The translations under genes were made by a program, and so were the position numbers. Shown piece by piece: positions 35,986-44,550 of a stretch of DNA of 64,000 nucleotides (positions are counted from its first letter, which is position 1; each line of letters begins with the position of its first letter). The stretch spans positions 13,391-77,390 of the forward strand of contig CAZFDT010000001.1 in the NCBI GenBank assembly GCA_964518335.1. The letters are read 5' to 3'. Source of the DNA: an uncultured Phycisphaeraceae bacterium (GTDB lineage Bacteria; Planctomycetota; Phycisphaerae; Phycisphaerales; Phycisphaeraceae). Below the pieces are notes generated by a model. That model searched no databases. It worked only from the letters and a program-made list of their open reading frames with translations, and was not told the DNA's origin.

Positions 35986-36353
35986 CTGGCGATGCTGCAG
36001 CGGATCAGCGGCCTGCCAGTCCAAAGGTCCTCGCTCCGATCAAGAAACGCGAGCCGTTGACGACGCGATCGCTCGTAGTCTTCAACAACCATCCCCCATA
36101 GTCGCTCCAGCAGCGCACTGGCCAATCGAGCCCGCGCCAGGTCACGACCAAGCAGAAATCGCTTGACCTGCAGGCGGCCTGGCATGACCCAAACATGGCG
36201 CGCGAAAATAGCACTTTCAAGCGCGAAATTGACACTGAAAATAGCCCTTCCTGACCTGTCAAGGGGGTTCGCCAACTCGCTGGCTGCGGGAGAAAACGAA
36301 CTTATCTCTTTATTACGCAATCATTTACAGCACACGTGCCGCGGGTCAATCAA

Positions 36354-36440
36354 CGGAGAGGATGGGATTCGAACCCATGGTGCAGTTACCCGCACACGCG
36401 ATTTCCAGTCGCGTTCCTTCAGCCACTCGGACACCTCTCC
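36354..36440 (-). tRNA. tRNA-Ser (anticodon GGA)
   Basis: The reverse complement is GGAGAGGTGTCCGAGTGGCTGAAGGAACGCGACTGGAAATCGCGTGTGCGGGTAACTGCACCATGGGTTCGAATCCCATCCTCTCCG. It folds with a 7-bp acceptor stem, anticodon stem CGCGA/TCGCG with loop CTGGAAA, a long variable arm, a GGTTCGAATCC T-arm and discriminator G. CCA is not encoded. Confidence 0.9.
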
Positions 36441-36495
36441 AAGGTGGGGTCGGTGATTATCGTATGGACTGGACGGGCAATGTAAAGGAGCGGCG

Positions 36496-37236
36496 ATGGC
36501 GGACGCGGCAGTGGACATGCACGGCCTGCTGGTGGTGGACAAGCCACTGGGCTGGTCGTCGATGGACGTGGTGAGGCGAGTGCGGCGGGCGATTGCGTTG
36601 GGCCTGGCGCAGCGCGTGGCATTGCATCGGATCAAGGTCGGCCATGCCGGCACGCTCGATCCTCTGGCGACGGGCGTGGTGGTGTGCTGCGTCGGGCGAG
36701 CGACGCGGCAGGTCGAGACGCTCATGGGCACGGCCAAGGTTTACGAAGCCCAAGTCGATCTGTCGGCGTTCACGGCGACCGACGACCGGGAGGGTACGCT
36801 CGAGCCGGTGACGCCCCCGGGAGGCTTGCCGCCGGACGAGGGCACAATCGACGAGGCATTGGCGCGGTTCGTGGGTGAGATACAACAGCGGCCGCCGGCG
36901 TTCAGCGCGGTCCACGTGCGCGGGCAGCGGGCTTACAAGCTCGCAAGACGGGGCGTGACAGTGGACCTGGGCCTGCGCATCGTGCGCATCGATGCGATCG
37001 AGCGGCTGGGCTACGCCTGGCCGATGCTGTCGCTGCGCATTACCTGCGGCAAGGGCACCTACATCCGCAGTCTGGCGCGCGATCTTGGCGTGGCGCTGGG
37101 CACGGGCGGACATCTGGCGGCGCTGCGGCGCACAGCGGTGGGGCGGTTCACCCTGGCGATGGCGATCGACGAACGACGGCTGGCGCTGCCGATCACGCAG
37201 GGCGATCTGCTTCACTCGTCGGCGGAAGGGCGATAG
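36496..37236 (+). CDS. truB: tRNA pseudouridine(55) synthase
   Basis: Contains GLLVVDKPLGWSSMDVV and GHAGTLDPLATGVVVCCVGRATR (catalytic Asp motif). AAGGAG RBS upstream. Confidence 0.9.
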   Translation: MADAAVDMHGLLVVDKPLGWSSMDVVRRVRRAIALGLAQRVALHRIKVGHAGTLDPLATGVVVCCVGRATRQVETLMGTAKVYEAQVDLSAFTATDDREGTLEPVTPPGGLPPDEGTIDEALARFVGEIQQRPPAFSAVHVRGQRAYKLARRGVTVDLGLRIVRIDAIERLGYAWPMLSLRITCGKGTYIRSLARDLGVALGTGGHLAALRRTAVGRFTLAMAIDERRLALPITQGDLLHSSAEGR

Positions 37237-38195
37237 GTGAATCGCATGAGCACGAGGCCGAACTCGAACAGGGCGTAGAGCGGTACGAACAGCAAAGCCA
37301 TGCTCATGACGTCGGCGGGGGTGAGGACGGCGGCGAGGACGACGCAGATGAACAGGGCGTACTTGCGGTAGCGGGCGATCCAGGCGGGGTCCACCAGTCC
37401 CAGCCAGGCGAGGATGAACATGGCCACGGGCAACTGAAACGCGATGACGACGCCCAGGCCGATCATCGCCGCGCTGGTGACGTAGCGGCTGATGTCGGGA
37501 TACGGGGTGAGCATGCTGTCGGGCTGGAGGGCGAAGATGCGGGTTTTGCCATCGATATAAGCCTTGAGGCGGCCTTCGGCGACGTTGAGCCAGACGTCGC
37601 CCTCGCGCAGGTCGGACGGATCGGCGCGAAAGGTGGGTAACTGCAGCGGAGACGGGGCGTCGGGAGGCGACGGCGGCGCCGTCAGTCCCCACCCGGCGGC
37701 CAGGCGGGTCATGAAGCCCGGCTCGGCCAGGTCCAGCTTCGGGTAGAACGCCGCCACGTTCAGAAAGAACACGATCGACACCGGCAGAAGGATGTAGTAC
37801 GCAAAGAGCACGCCCAGTACCGTCATCACCGCGCTGAAGGGCCACAGCAGATGCACCGCCCGGCGCTCGTGCTCGTACAACCCCGCCGCGACAAACAGCC
37901 AGCCCTGGTACAGCACCCACGGAGCGCCGATCACCGCGGCGGCGATGACCGCCACCATCATGTAGGTCGAGAACCCCGCGCTGAAGTCGAAGGCGTAGAG
38001 TTGAGGCGTGTAACCCAGGGCGCGCTGGGCGTCGAGGTACGGCCGCGCCAGCCACGCGATGATATGGAAGCCGAAGGCGAAGGTTCCGATGCAAATGACC
38101 GCCACGCCCGCCAGCGCCATGAGGATGCGCCGGCGCAGCTCTTCGAGATGATCGCCGAAGCTCATCTGCATCTGGTCAGGATCGGGCGCGGGCAT
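37212..38195 (-). CDS. tatC: Twin-arginine translocase subunit TatC
   Basis: Has the TatC N-terminal signature MSFGDHLEELRRRI and six hydrophobic segments. Its 3' end overlaps the truB 3' end by 25 nt (convergent). Confidence 0.9.
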   Translation of the reverse strand: MPAPDPDQMQMSFGDHLEELRRRILMALAGVAVICIGTFAFGFHIIAWLARPYLDAQRALGYTPQLYAFDFSAGFSTYMMVAVIAAAVIGAPWVLYQGWLFVAAGLYEHERRAVHLLWPFSAVMTVLGVLFAYYILLPVSIVFFLNVAAFYPKLDLAEPGFMTRLAAGWGLTAPPSPPDAPSPLQLPTFRADPSDLREGDVWLNVAEGRLKAYIDGKTRIFALQPDSMLTPYPDISRYVTSAAMIGLGVVIAFQLPVAMFILAWLGLVDPAWIARYRKYALFICVVLAAVLTPADVMSMALLFVPLYALFEFGLVLMRFTYRPSADE

Positions 38196-38242
38196 AGGTG
38201 GATTCTACATGTGCGGCCACGGGGAGGCAGACCCGGTGCGAT

Positions 38243-39310
38243 TCACAACAACAGCATGGCGTCGCCGTAGGAGTAAAAACGGTAGCCTTCGGCGACGGCC
38301 AGGGCGTACCACTGCTTGAGCCGCTCCACGCCGACACCGGGCAGGGCGGCGACCAGCGCCATCAGTGAGGAACGGGGCAAGTGAAAGTTGGTCAGCAGCA
38401 GGTCGGTGTAGCGGAATGTGAACCCCGGAAGGATCATCAGCGTGGTATCGGCGGCATGTCCCTGCGGGCCGGTGGGGAGCGGGTCGGGCAGCGACTCGAT
38501 CGTGCGGACGGTGGTGGTGCCGACGACGAGGATCCGCGCCTGCCGCTGGCGTGCGTGACAGATGGCGGCGAGCGTGTCGACGGGGACGTGGGTGGGCTCG
38601 CTGTGGAGGCGATGGTCTTCGAGTCGATCCGTTTCGACGGGTGCGAATGTGCCCAGCCCGACGTGGAGGGTCACTGCAGCGCGATGGACGCCGATGGCGT
38701 CGAGTCGCGCCAGCAGATTGGGTGTGAAGTGGAGGCCTGCGGTGGGGGCGGCCACGGAGCCGGGGTCATGGGCATAGACGGTGTTGTAGCGCGCGGCGTC
38801 GTCGGGACCGACTTCGGGCAGGTGCAGGGCTTTGCGGGCCTTGCGGATGTAGGGCGGCAAGGGGGGCGTGCCGATTCGAGCCAGGAGCGCGAGCGTGTCA
38901 TGCGGGCCGTCGAGTCGGGCGTCCCATTGGCCGCGCTCGATGCGGCGGCGCAACGTGAGCGTGGCGTCCTCGGCCAGGCAGATGCACTCGCCCGGCTGCA
39001 GTGAGCCGCGCGACTCCAGCAGCGTGCGCCACGTACGGTGGGAAGGTTCGGCCAGGTACAGGCCCTCGACGCGTCCGCCGGTGGCCGCCCGCACGCCCTC
39101 GAACCGGGCCGGCAGCACGCGCGATTGGTTGACAAGCATCAGGTCGCCGGCCTGCAGCACGCCCAGATCGGGCAGATCGCGCACGCGCCGATGCTCGATC
39201 ACTCCCGTAGCGCGATGCACGACCATCAAGCGGGCGGCGTCGCGCGGCTGGGCGGGGGCCACGGCGATCCGCTCCGCGGGCAGGGTGTAATCAAGTTCGC
39301 TCGTCAGCAT
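38243..39310 (-). CDS. queA: S-adenosylmethionine:tRNA ribosyltransferase-isomerase
   Basis: MLTSELDYTLPAERIA aligns with the canonical QueA N-terminus. Also has TAGLHFT and the C-terminal RFYSYGDAMLLL. The ORF-track start at 39364 is an alternative. Confidence 0.9.
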   Translation of the reverse strand: MLTSELDYTLPAERIAVAPAQPRDAARLMVVHRATGVIEHRRVRDLPDLGVLQAGDLMLVNQSRVLPARFEGVRAATGGRVEGLYLAEPSHRTWRTLLESRGSLQPGECICLAEDATLTLRRRIERGQWDARLDGPHDTLALLARIGTPPLPPYIRKARKALHLPEVGPDDAARYNTVYAHDPGSVAAPTAGLHFTPNLLARLDAIGVHRAAVTLHVGLGTFAPVETDRLEDHRLHSEPTHVPVDTLAAICHARQRQARILVVGTTTVRTIESLPDPLPTGPQGHAADTTLMILPGFTFRYTDLLLTNFHLPRSSLMALVAALPGVGVERLKQWYALAVAEGYRFYSYGDAMLLL

Positions 39311-39462
39311 CGCCTCACTCACGTGTCGAGCTGGGGCAACATCCGTCACAGACGGCGACGGCACGTCGCCGGTGCGACCTTCCGCAAGTTACCGCATCAC
39401 ACACGTTTGTGCCTCGCGTCGAGCGGCGGGCGGCCTTGGCGCGACGCTCGCTCACCGTGGGG

Positions 39463-39799
39463 TATGAAGATCCAGGGCCACGCCAATCTGACGATCCATC
39501 TGCTTCGCCGCTGTATGTTCGGCCCCGAGCGGTTCGATTGCGCCGCGCGATGGCAACGGGTGCGCCCGTCGTGCCCGCGCCAGGTTCCCGGCACTACGCC
39601 ATGCGCTGCGCCGCCACGCGAGGAGGGTTGGCCTTACGACTCGGCGCTGCCGGTCGGGTTGCCTCGCCTGCACGATGGCGATACCCTGCCGACCCGCCCG
39701 GACGCGCATGCCCTCCCCCCGATTCGTCCCGGCCTGCCAAAGTACAGTCAGCCTTTTGCCGACTTGAATAGGAGCACGCGGCTCGACGCCCTGGCGTAG
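39463..39799 (+). CDS. Possible small Pro/Cys-rich hypothetical protein (weak call)
   Basis: 112 codons from an ATG with predominantly G/C third positions, in an otherwise unassigned GC-rich gap of about 500 bp. No recognisable motif, and the RBS is poor. Confidence 0.2.
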
Positions 39800-39823
39800 G
39801 CCGCGATCACGGAGGATCGCTGC

Positions 39824-40066
39824 ATGGGTCATCACGACCTCGACGCCATGATCTACGGCCCGATCGACGCCATGATCGCGCGCATCGCCGAACTGTCGCG
39901 CGGCGACGTGAAGCGTCACCTTCTCGATTTCACCGCGCTGCGATTGGACTTCACCGAAGACTACCTCGAATCGCTGGCGACCGAGCAGCTTCGTCATGTG
40001 CTGGTGGCCGCGGTGTTTCAGGTGCGCCGCAGCGTCGAATCGGTGCGCCTGGCGGCGGCGGGATAA
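39824..40066 (+). CDS. Small hypothetical protein (80 aa, predicted helical)
   Basis: ATG preceded by GGAGG at appropriate spacing, with GC3-biased codons. No recognisable family. Confidence 0.4.
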   Translation: MGHHDLDAMIYGPIDAMIARIAELSRGDVKRHLLDFTALRLDFTEDYLESLATEQLRHVLVAAVFQVRRSVESVRLAAAG

Positions 40067-40079
40067 GCGACACCGATCC

Positions 40080-40730
40080 TCATCCGAGCAGATCGATCAA
40101 CTCACGAGGCGAGGCGAGGATGACATCGGCGCCGCTGTCACGCAGCTCGGTCTCGTCACGAAAGCCCCATAATGCTCCGGCGGCAGTCATGCCCGCCGCT
40201 TTGGCCGTCCGCATATCGACCCCGGTATCGCCCACGTACAGCCACGCCCGCGGCTCGATGCCCGTCTGTCGTGCGATCGCCAGCGCTCCGGCCGGATCGG
40301 GCTTGTGCGGCTGACCGTCCACCTGGCCCTGCACAGCGTCGAAGCGCCAGCGGGCGAACACGTGCTTGACCATGGCGCGCGTCGCCGCGTCGGGTTTGTT
40401 GCTCAACACCGCGAGCTTGAGCGATCGCTGTGTCATGGCGTCGAGGGCGTCGGGGATGCCGTCGTAGGGTCGCGTCAGGTCCATGCCGTGTTCGAGTTGA
40501 TAGGCGCGGAAGATGTCCAGCGCGCGATCGACGAGAGGGTCGTTGTCGGCTGCACCCAGCGCCTCGCGCACGAGGAAGCGCGCGCCCTGTCCCGCCAGAT
40601 AGCGGTAGTGGTCGCGGGGCAGCGGCGGCCGACCCAACGTCGCCAGCGTGTGATTCCCGCACGCCGCGATGTCGCCCAGCGTGTCGGCGAGCGTGCCGTC
40701 GAGATCGAACATGACCGCGTGGTGGTTCAT
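40080..40730 (-). CDS. HAD-superfamily hydrolase (phosphoglycolate phosphatase-like)
   Basis: Starts at MNHHAVMFDLDGTLADT (DxDGT motif I). The late motif is YVGDTGVDMRTAKAAGM. Confidence 0.85.
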   Translation of the reverse strand: MNHHAVMFDLDGTLADTLGDIAACGNHTLATLGRPPLPRDHYRYLAGQGARFLVREALGAADNDPLVDRALDIFRAYQLEHGMDLTRPYDGIPDALDAMTQRSLKLAVLSNKPDAATRAMVKHVFARWRFDAVQGQVDGQPHKPDPAGALAIARQTGIEPRAWLYVGDTGVDMRTAKAAGMTAAGALWGFRDETELRDSGADVILASPRELIDLLG

Positions 40731-40828
40731 GGGCGGATTTATAGCACAGGCGCGCCGAGCGTTTTGCCATGATCGTGGCTGTGGCTTATTCTGCCGGGGC
40801 ACAGACCTCCGTATGGACGCCAGCACCT

Positions 40829-41314
40829 ATGGATGAACTTCTCAAGCAGCGGATCGGCGCGGCCCTGGGACGCATCCCCTCGGGCCTGTTCGTGTTGACG
40901 GCCCAGCACGAGGATCGCCGCACCGGCATACTCGCCAGTTGGGTGCAGCAGGTCTGTTTCGAGCCGCCCATGGTCTCCGTCGCCGTCGCCAAGGGGCGAC
41001 CGATTATGCCGCTGATCAGCGAATCGCGCAAGTTCGGCATCTGCCAGTTGCCCGACAAGGACAAGCTCATCACCCGCAAGTTCGCCGGCGGTGTCGAGCC
41101 GACCGAAGACCCGTTCCTCGGTTACGAGATGATCCACGACGGTCCGCCCGGCGTGCCCATCCTGGCCCAGGTGGTGGCGTGGATGGCGTGCGAGCTCACC
41201 TGCCACATGGACGTGGAAGGCGATCACGATCTGTTCGTCGGCACGATCAGGGCCGGCGACTTCGTCGGCGGCGTGCCGCACGTTCACTTGCGCGACAACG
41301 GATTCCGGTATTGA
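40829..41314 (+). CDS. Flavin reductase-like (FMN-binding split-barrel) domain protein
   Basis: Contains RIPSGLFVLTAQHEDRRTGILASWVQQVCFEPPMVSVAV, typical of the Flavin_Reduct family. Confidence 0.8.
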   Translation: MDELLKQRIGAALGRIPSGLFVLTAQHEDRRTGILASWVQQVCFEPPMVSVAVAKGRPIMPLISESRKFGICQLPDKDKLITRKFAGGVEPTEDPFLGYEMIHDGPPGVPILAQVVAWMACELTCHMDVEGDHDLFVGTIRAGDFVGGVPHVHLRDNGFRY

Positions 41315-41357
41315 GACTGCCGCCGCAGACCCGCCAGCGAGTCTGCCCGAAACGACG

Positions 41358-42485
41358 ATGTCCATCACCGTTCCCATCGCCATCGAGGATCCGATCAACG
41401 CCCGCATCCTGGCGATCAGCGAGGACCGCATCGAAGGCTTCGTCGAGGATCCGTTTCGCATCATGGCCGATCGCTCGGGCGTCGCGTTGCCCGTCGTGAT
41501 CGAGCGCATTCGGGCGATGCTCGCCGCGGGCACCATCCGGCGCGTGAGGCAGACGCTGCTGGCGACCAATCTGGCCGACGGCGCCCTGGTCGCCTGGCAG
41601 ACGCCCGAGGACAATCTCACCGCGGCGTTCGACTGGATGTCGCAGCGCGACCCCTTCTCGGGCCACATTGTCATCCGCACGACCGACCAGGTGACGGCCG
41701 GCAGCGCCTATCGCCTGTGGACGACGCTCAAAGTGCCGCAGGGCTTCAGCCTCGACAGGCACTGCGGTCTGTTGATGCGGCTGACGGGGACCACGGCCTA
41801 CCGCATCATGCCCGCCAAGGCGCTGTTCACGCTGGGTGTGGGCCACGTGCGGCGGCGCGGGCTGGAGCCTGGCAGCAAGAGCGAGGAGCCGGGCAGCGTG
41901 CAGTTTCCCAAGGTCGTCGAGTTGAGCGAGTTGCAGTGGCGCGTCCTCACCGCGCTGAAGCGCGAGTTCGAGGTGGACGAGGTGCGTGAGCATCCCTGGG
42001 CAGCCCGCGCCGAGGACGCCGGCGTGCCGCTGGCGACTTTTCTCGACGTGGCCGCCGAGCTGGATCGGCGCCGAGTGATCGGTCGATTCTCGACGTTCCT
42101 CGAGCACGTGAAGAAGCTCGCCGACGGTTCGCAGGTGACGCGATACAACGCCTTGTTCCACTGGGCCGTACCTCCTGGTCGTGAAATCGACGCCGGCCGA
42201 CAGGTCGGGCGCTTCCACGTGATGACCCACGCTTACTGGCGCGAGGGCGGCCCCGAGTTTCGCAACGTCAACATCATGGGCGTCGCCCACGGCACCGACA
42301 AGCAGCTCGTTCTGGATCACAAGGCCGCCATCGACCGCCACTTGGCCGAGGTGGGCATCCCCGTGGCATACACCAATGTCTTCTGGGGCGGCCGCAGCGA
42401 GATCAAACCCAGCGAGATCTCTCCTCTTGCCTACCGACAATGGTGCTCGCGGCACGGCGTCGAGCCCGACACGATGCGCGGCTGA
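41358..42485 (+). CDS. Fused two-module Lrp/AsnC-fold protein resembling siroheme decarboxylase (AhbA/AhbB, NirDL-like)
   Basis: Has two tandem modules, each an HTH-like segment plus G.IRR/VIGR followed by ...LVAW/ALFHW.VP... and a ...H....R...(LW/NI) pattern, as in siroheme decarboxylase subunits. It is divergent, so the assignment is tentative. Confidence 0.55.
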   Translation: MSITVPIAIEDPINARILAISEDRIEGFVEDPFRIMADRSGVALPVVIERIRAMLAAGTIRRVRQTLLATNLADGALVAWQTPEDNLTAAFDWMSQRDPFSGHIVIRTTDQVTAGSAYRLWTTLKVPQGFSLDRHCGLLMRLTGTTAYRIMPAKALFTLGVGHVRRRGLEPGSKSEEPGSVQFPKVVELSELQWRVLTALKREFEVDEVREHPWAARAEDAGVPLATFLDVAAELDRRRVIGRFSTFLEHVKKLADGSQVTRYNALFHWAVPPGREIDAGRQVGRFHVMTHAYWREGGPEFRNVNIMGVAHGTDKQLVLDHKAAIDRHLAEVGIPVAYTNVFWGGRSEIKPSEISPLAYRQWCSRHGVEPDTMRG

Positions 42486-42596
42486 TCCGCTGCGCTGAAC
42501 CCGCCAATCGCTGCAGTCGTCATATCCGGCCCGTCTTTCTCCGCGCCTCCGCTTGCCTGCGTCAACAGGCCCCTACAACCGCCCGATCTGTCACCG

Positions 42597-43901
42597 GTGA
42601 ACGGGAATTCCTTGCGGAGGGTTTGCTTCGTGGCCAAACGTATTGCTGTCATCGTTGCCTTGCTCGCAGTGCTGGGACTGACGGGAACCGCCCGCGGCGC
42701 CGGGCTGCAGTTCAACGATCCCCTGACCAATAATCAGTGGTATCTCGCACAACTGCACTTCAACGAGGCGTGGTCCACCATCTCCAACCTGCAGCAACGC
42801 GGCGATGTCACCGTCGCCGTTATCGACTCGGGCTTTCAGACCGACCACGGCGACCTGGGCAACAATCTGAACGGCGGCATCAATATCGTGGACAACTCGG
42901 GCAACCTCTCGCCCGTCCATCCCCACGGCACCGCGACCGCCGGCCTGCCCGGGTCCATCAGCGGCAATAACTTCGGAATCAGCCAGTCGGCGCTGTTCGC
43001 CAACGTCATGCCCATCCGCGTGTCCAATCGCAACGACGGCGGGGCCTACATCAGCGACATCGCCAAGGCCATCAAGTACGCCGCCGACAACGGCGCCCGC
43101 GTCATCAATATCAGCTACAGCGGTGTGGATCATCCGGCCCTGGAGAATGCCGCGGCGTACGCCTGGAGCAAGGGCAGCGTCGTGTTCATGGCCGCCGGCA
43201 ACGACGGCCTCAAGCACAACGAGTGGGCCAACCACCGCCACCTGATTGCTGTGGGCGCCTCCACCGTGACCGGTCAACTCGCCGGCTTCTCCACCAAAGG
43301 CAAGTTCGTGGACCTCGTCGCACCGGGACAGGGTATCACCACGCTCTACACCGACGACCAGTTCGCCACGTGGAGCGGCACGAGCTTCTCATCGCCCATC
43401 GCCGCGTCCATCGCCGCGCTCATGCTCACGGCCAACCCCGATCTGTCGCCGGATCAGGTGGACGTGCTGCTGCGCGCCACGGCGATCGATCCCGCCTCGG
43501 CCGTGAAGTCCAACCGTGCCGACACACGCGAGAAAATGCGCCGCGTGAAGAACCCCGCGCGCAGGCAGGCGCTGCGCAGGAAGGTTCAACGTCTCACCGC
43601 CAAGGTCACTTCGATCGGCGAGGCCTGGGGCGCCGGCCGGATCGACGCTCTGGCCGCCGTCGAAGCGGCGCTGCGCGTCGAGGGCGCCTGGTCCTCCGGC
43701 GGCGATGGCAACTACGTGCCCAACAACCCCGGCGACTACTCGGGCCTGGTGGCCGGCCTCAGCGACACCCTCGTCCTGCCCCAGGGGTTCCTCGACGGTG
43801 TGGGTCTGGGCACGGCCGCAATTCCCGAGCCGGGCACGATCATGCTTGTGCTCGGCGGCCTGACGCTGCTGGCCCGCAAGCCACGTCGGCCACGCGCCTG
43901 A
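42597..43901 (+). CDS. S8 family (subtilisin-like) serine peptidase with PEP-CTERM tail
   Basis: Catalytic triad contexts are VAVIDSGF (Asp), HGTATAG (His) and GTSFSSPIAA (Ser). Has a signal peptide and C-terminal IPEPGTIMLVLGGLTLLARKPRRPR. Confidence 0.85.
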   Translation: MNGNSLRRVCFVAKRIAVIVALLAVLGLTGTARGAGLQFNDPLTNNQWYLAQLHFNEAWSTISNLQQRGDVTVAVIDSGFQTDHGDLGNNLNGGINIVDNSGNLSPVHPHGTATAGLPGSISGNNFGISQSALFANVMPIRVSNRNDGGAYISDIAKAIKYAADNGARVINISYSGVDHPALENAAAYAWSKGSVVFMAAGNDGLKHNEWANHRHLIAVGASTVTGQLAGFSTKGKFVDLVAPGQGITTLYTDDQFATWSGTSFSSPIAASIAALMLTANPDLSPDQVDVLLRATAIDPASAVKSNRADTREKMRRVKNPARRQALRRKVQRLTAKVTSIGEAWGAGRIDALAAVEAALRVEGAWSSGGDGNYVPNNPGDYSGLVAGLSDTLVLPQGFLDGVGLGTAAIPEPGTIMLVLGGLTLLARKPRRPRA

Positions 43902-43976
43902 GAATCCTGTCGCCGTCGTACCCATCATCGTGCACGCATCGCTTATCATCGGGTCGTCCTGACGTGGAGTGACCTG

Positions 43977-44498
43977 ATGACGCCGAGTCTGCCCGAACCG
44001 CTTGAATCCTTGCTGCGTCCGCTCTTCGATGGCCTGCCGTTGAATGACGCGATGACACAACTGGTGGTCAGCGGCACGACCGACGCCGCGATGGCCGCCC
44101 GCATCGAGGCGCTCGCCGACCATACGGCCATCCAGCAGCGTCCGGCCCTGCTGGCGGGACTGTGGCTCTACGTCGATGACCTGCCGCGCAGCCACGCCAT
44201 CAGCCAGGGCATCGACAACGCCACCGGCTCGTTCTGGCACGGCATCATGCACCGCCGCGAGGGCGACTTCTCCAACAGCCACTATTGGTTCCGCAAGGTC
44301 GGCAAGCACCCGGCGATGACCCGCATCGACATCGCCGGCGGCGGCGCGGGCGCCGGCACCGAAGTCGCCCACTATGACTCGCACGCCTTCATCGATCGTG
44401 TCGAGGCCGCCCACCGCCTGGGCAAGACGCCGCCCGACCTCGTCGCACTCCAGCGCCACGAATGGCTAGCCCTCTTCGAGTGGTGCGCCCAGCGGTGA
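43977..44498 (+). CDS. Hypothetical protein (173 aa)
   Basis: Clean ORF with GC3 bias. It has a conserved-looking core GSFWHGIMHRREGDFSNSHYWFRKVG. Family not recognised. Confidence 0.6.
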   Translation: MTPSLPEPLESLLRPLFDGLPLNDAMTQLVVSGTTDAAMAARIEALADHTAIQQRPALLAGLWLYVDDLPRSHAISQGIDNATGSFWHGIMHRREGDFSNSHYWFRKVGKHPAMTRIDIAGGGAGAGTEVAHYDSHAFIDRVEAAHRLGKTPPDLVALQRHEWLALFEWCAQR

Positions 44499-44506
44499 GC
44501 CCAATG

Positions 44507-44534
44507 GAGCCCACCCGCCATTGCGGGTGGGCTC
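44507..44534. terminator. Perfect 12-bp-stem hairpin between convergent genes (bidirectional terminator candidate)
   Basis: GAGCCCACCCGC-CATT-GCGGGTGGGCTC, 9 nt after the stop at 44498 and 17 nt before the stop at 44551. No U-tract. Confidence 0.5.
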
Positions 44535-44550
44535 GTCATCGGCCGCTGCA

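Noticed and set aside
36457-38094. 545-aa minus-strand ORF spanning truB and tatC
   Set aside because: It is antisense to truB and out of frame with tatC, and both of those have canonical signatures. The product is Arg/Pro/Gly-rich.
39365-39823. Known structured RNAs (SRP RNA, RNase P RNA, tmRNA, preQ1 riboswitch) in the long gap upstream of queA
   Set aside because: I could not find any of the conserved core sequences I know for these RNAs on either strand. The gap remains unexplained and needs an Infernal scan.
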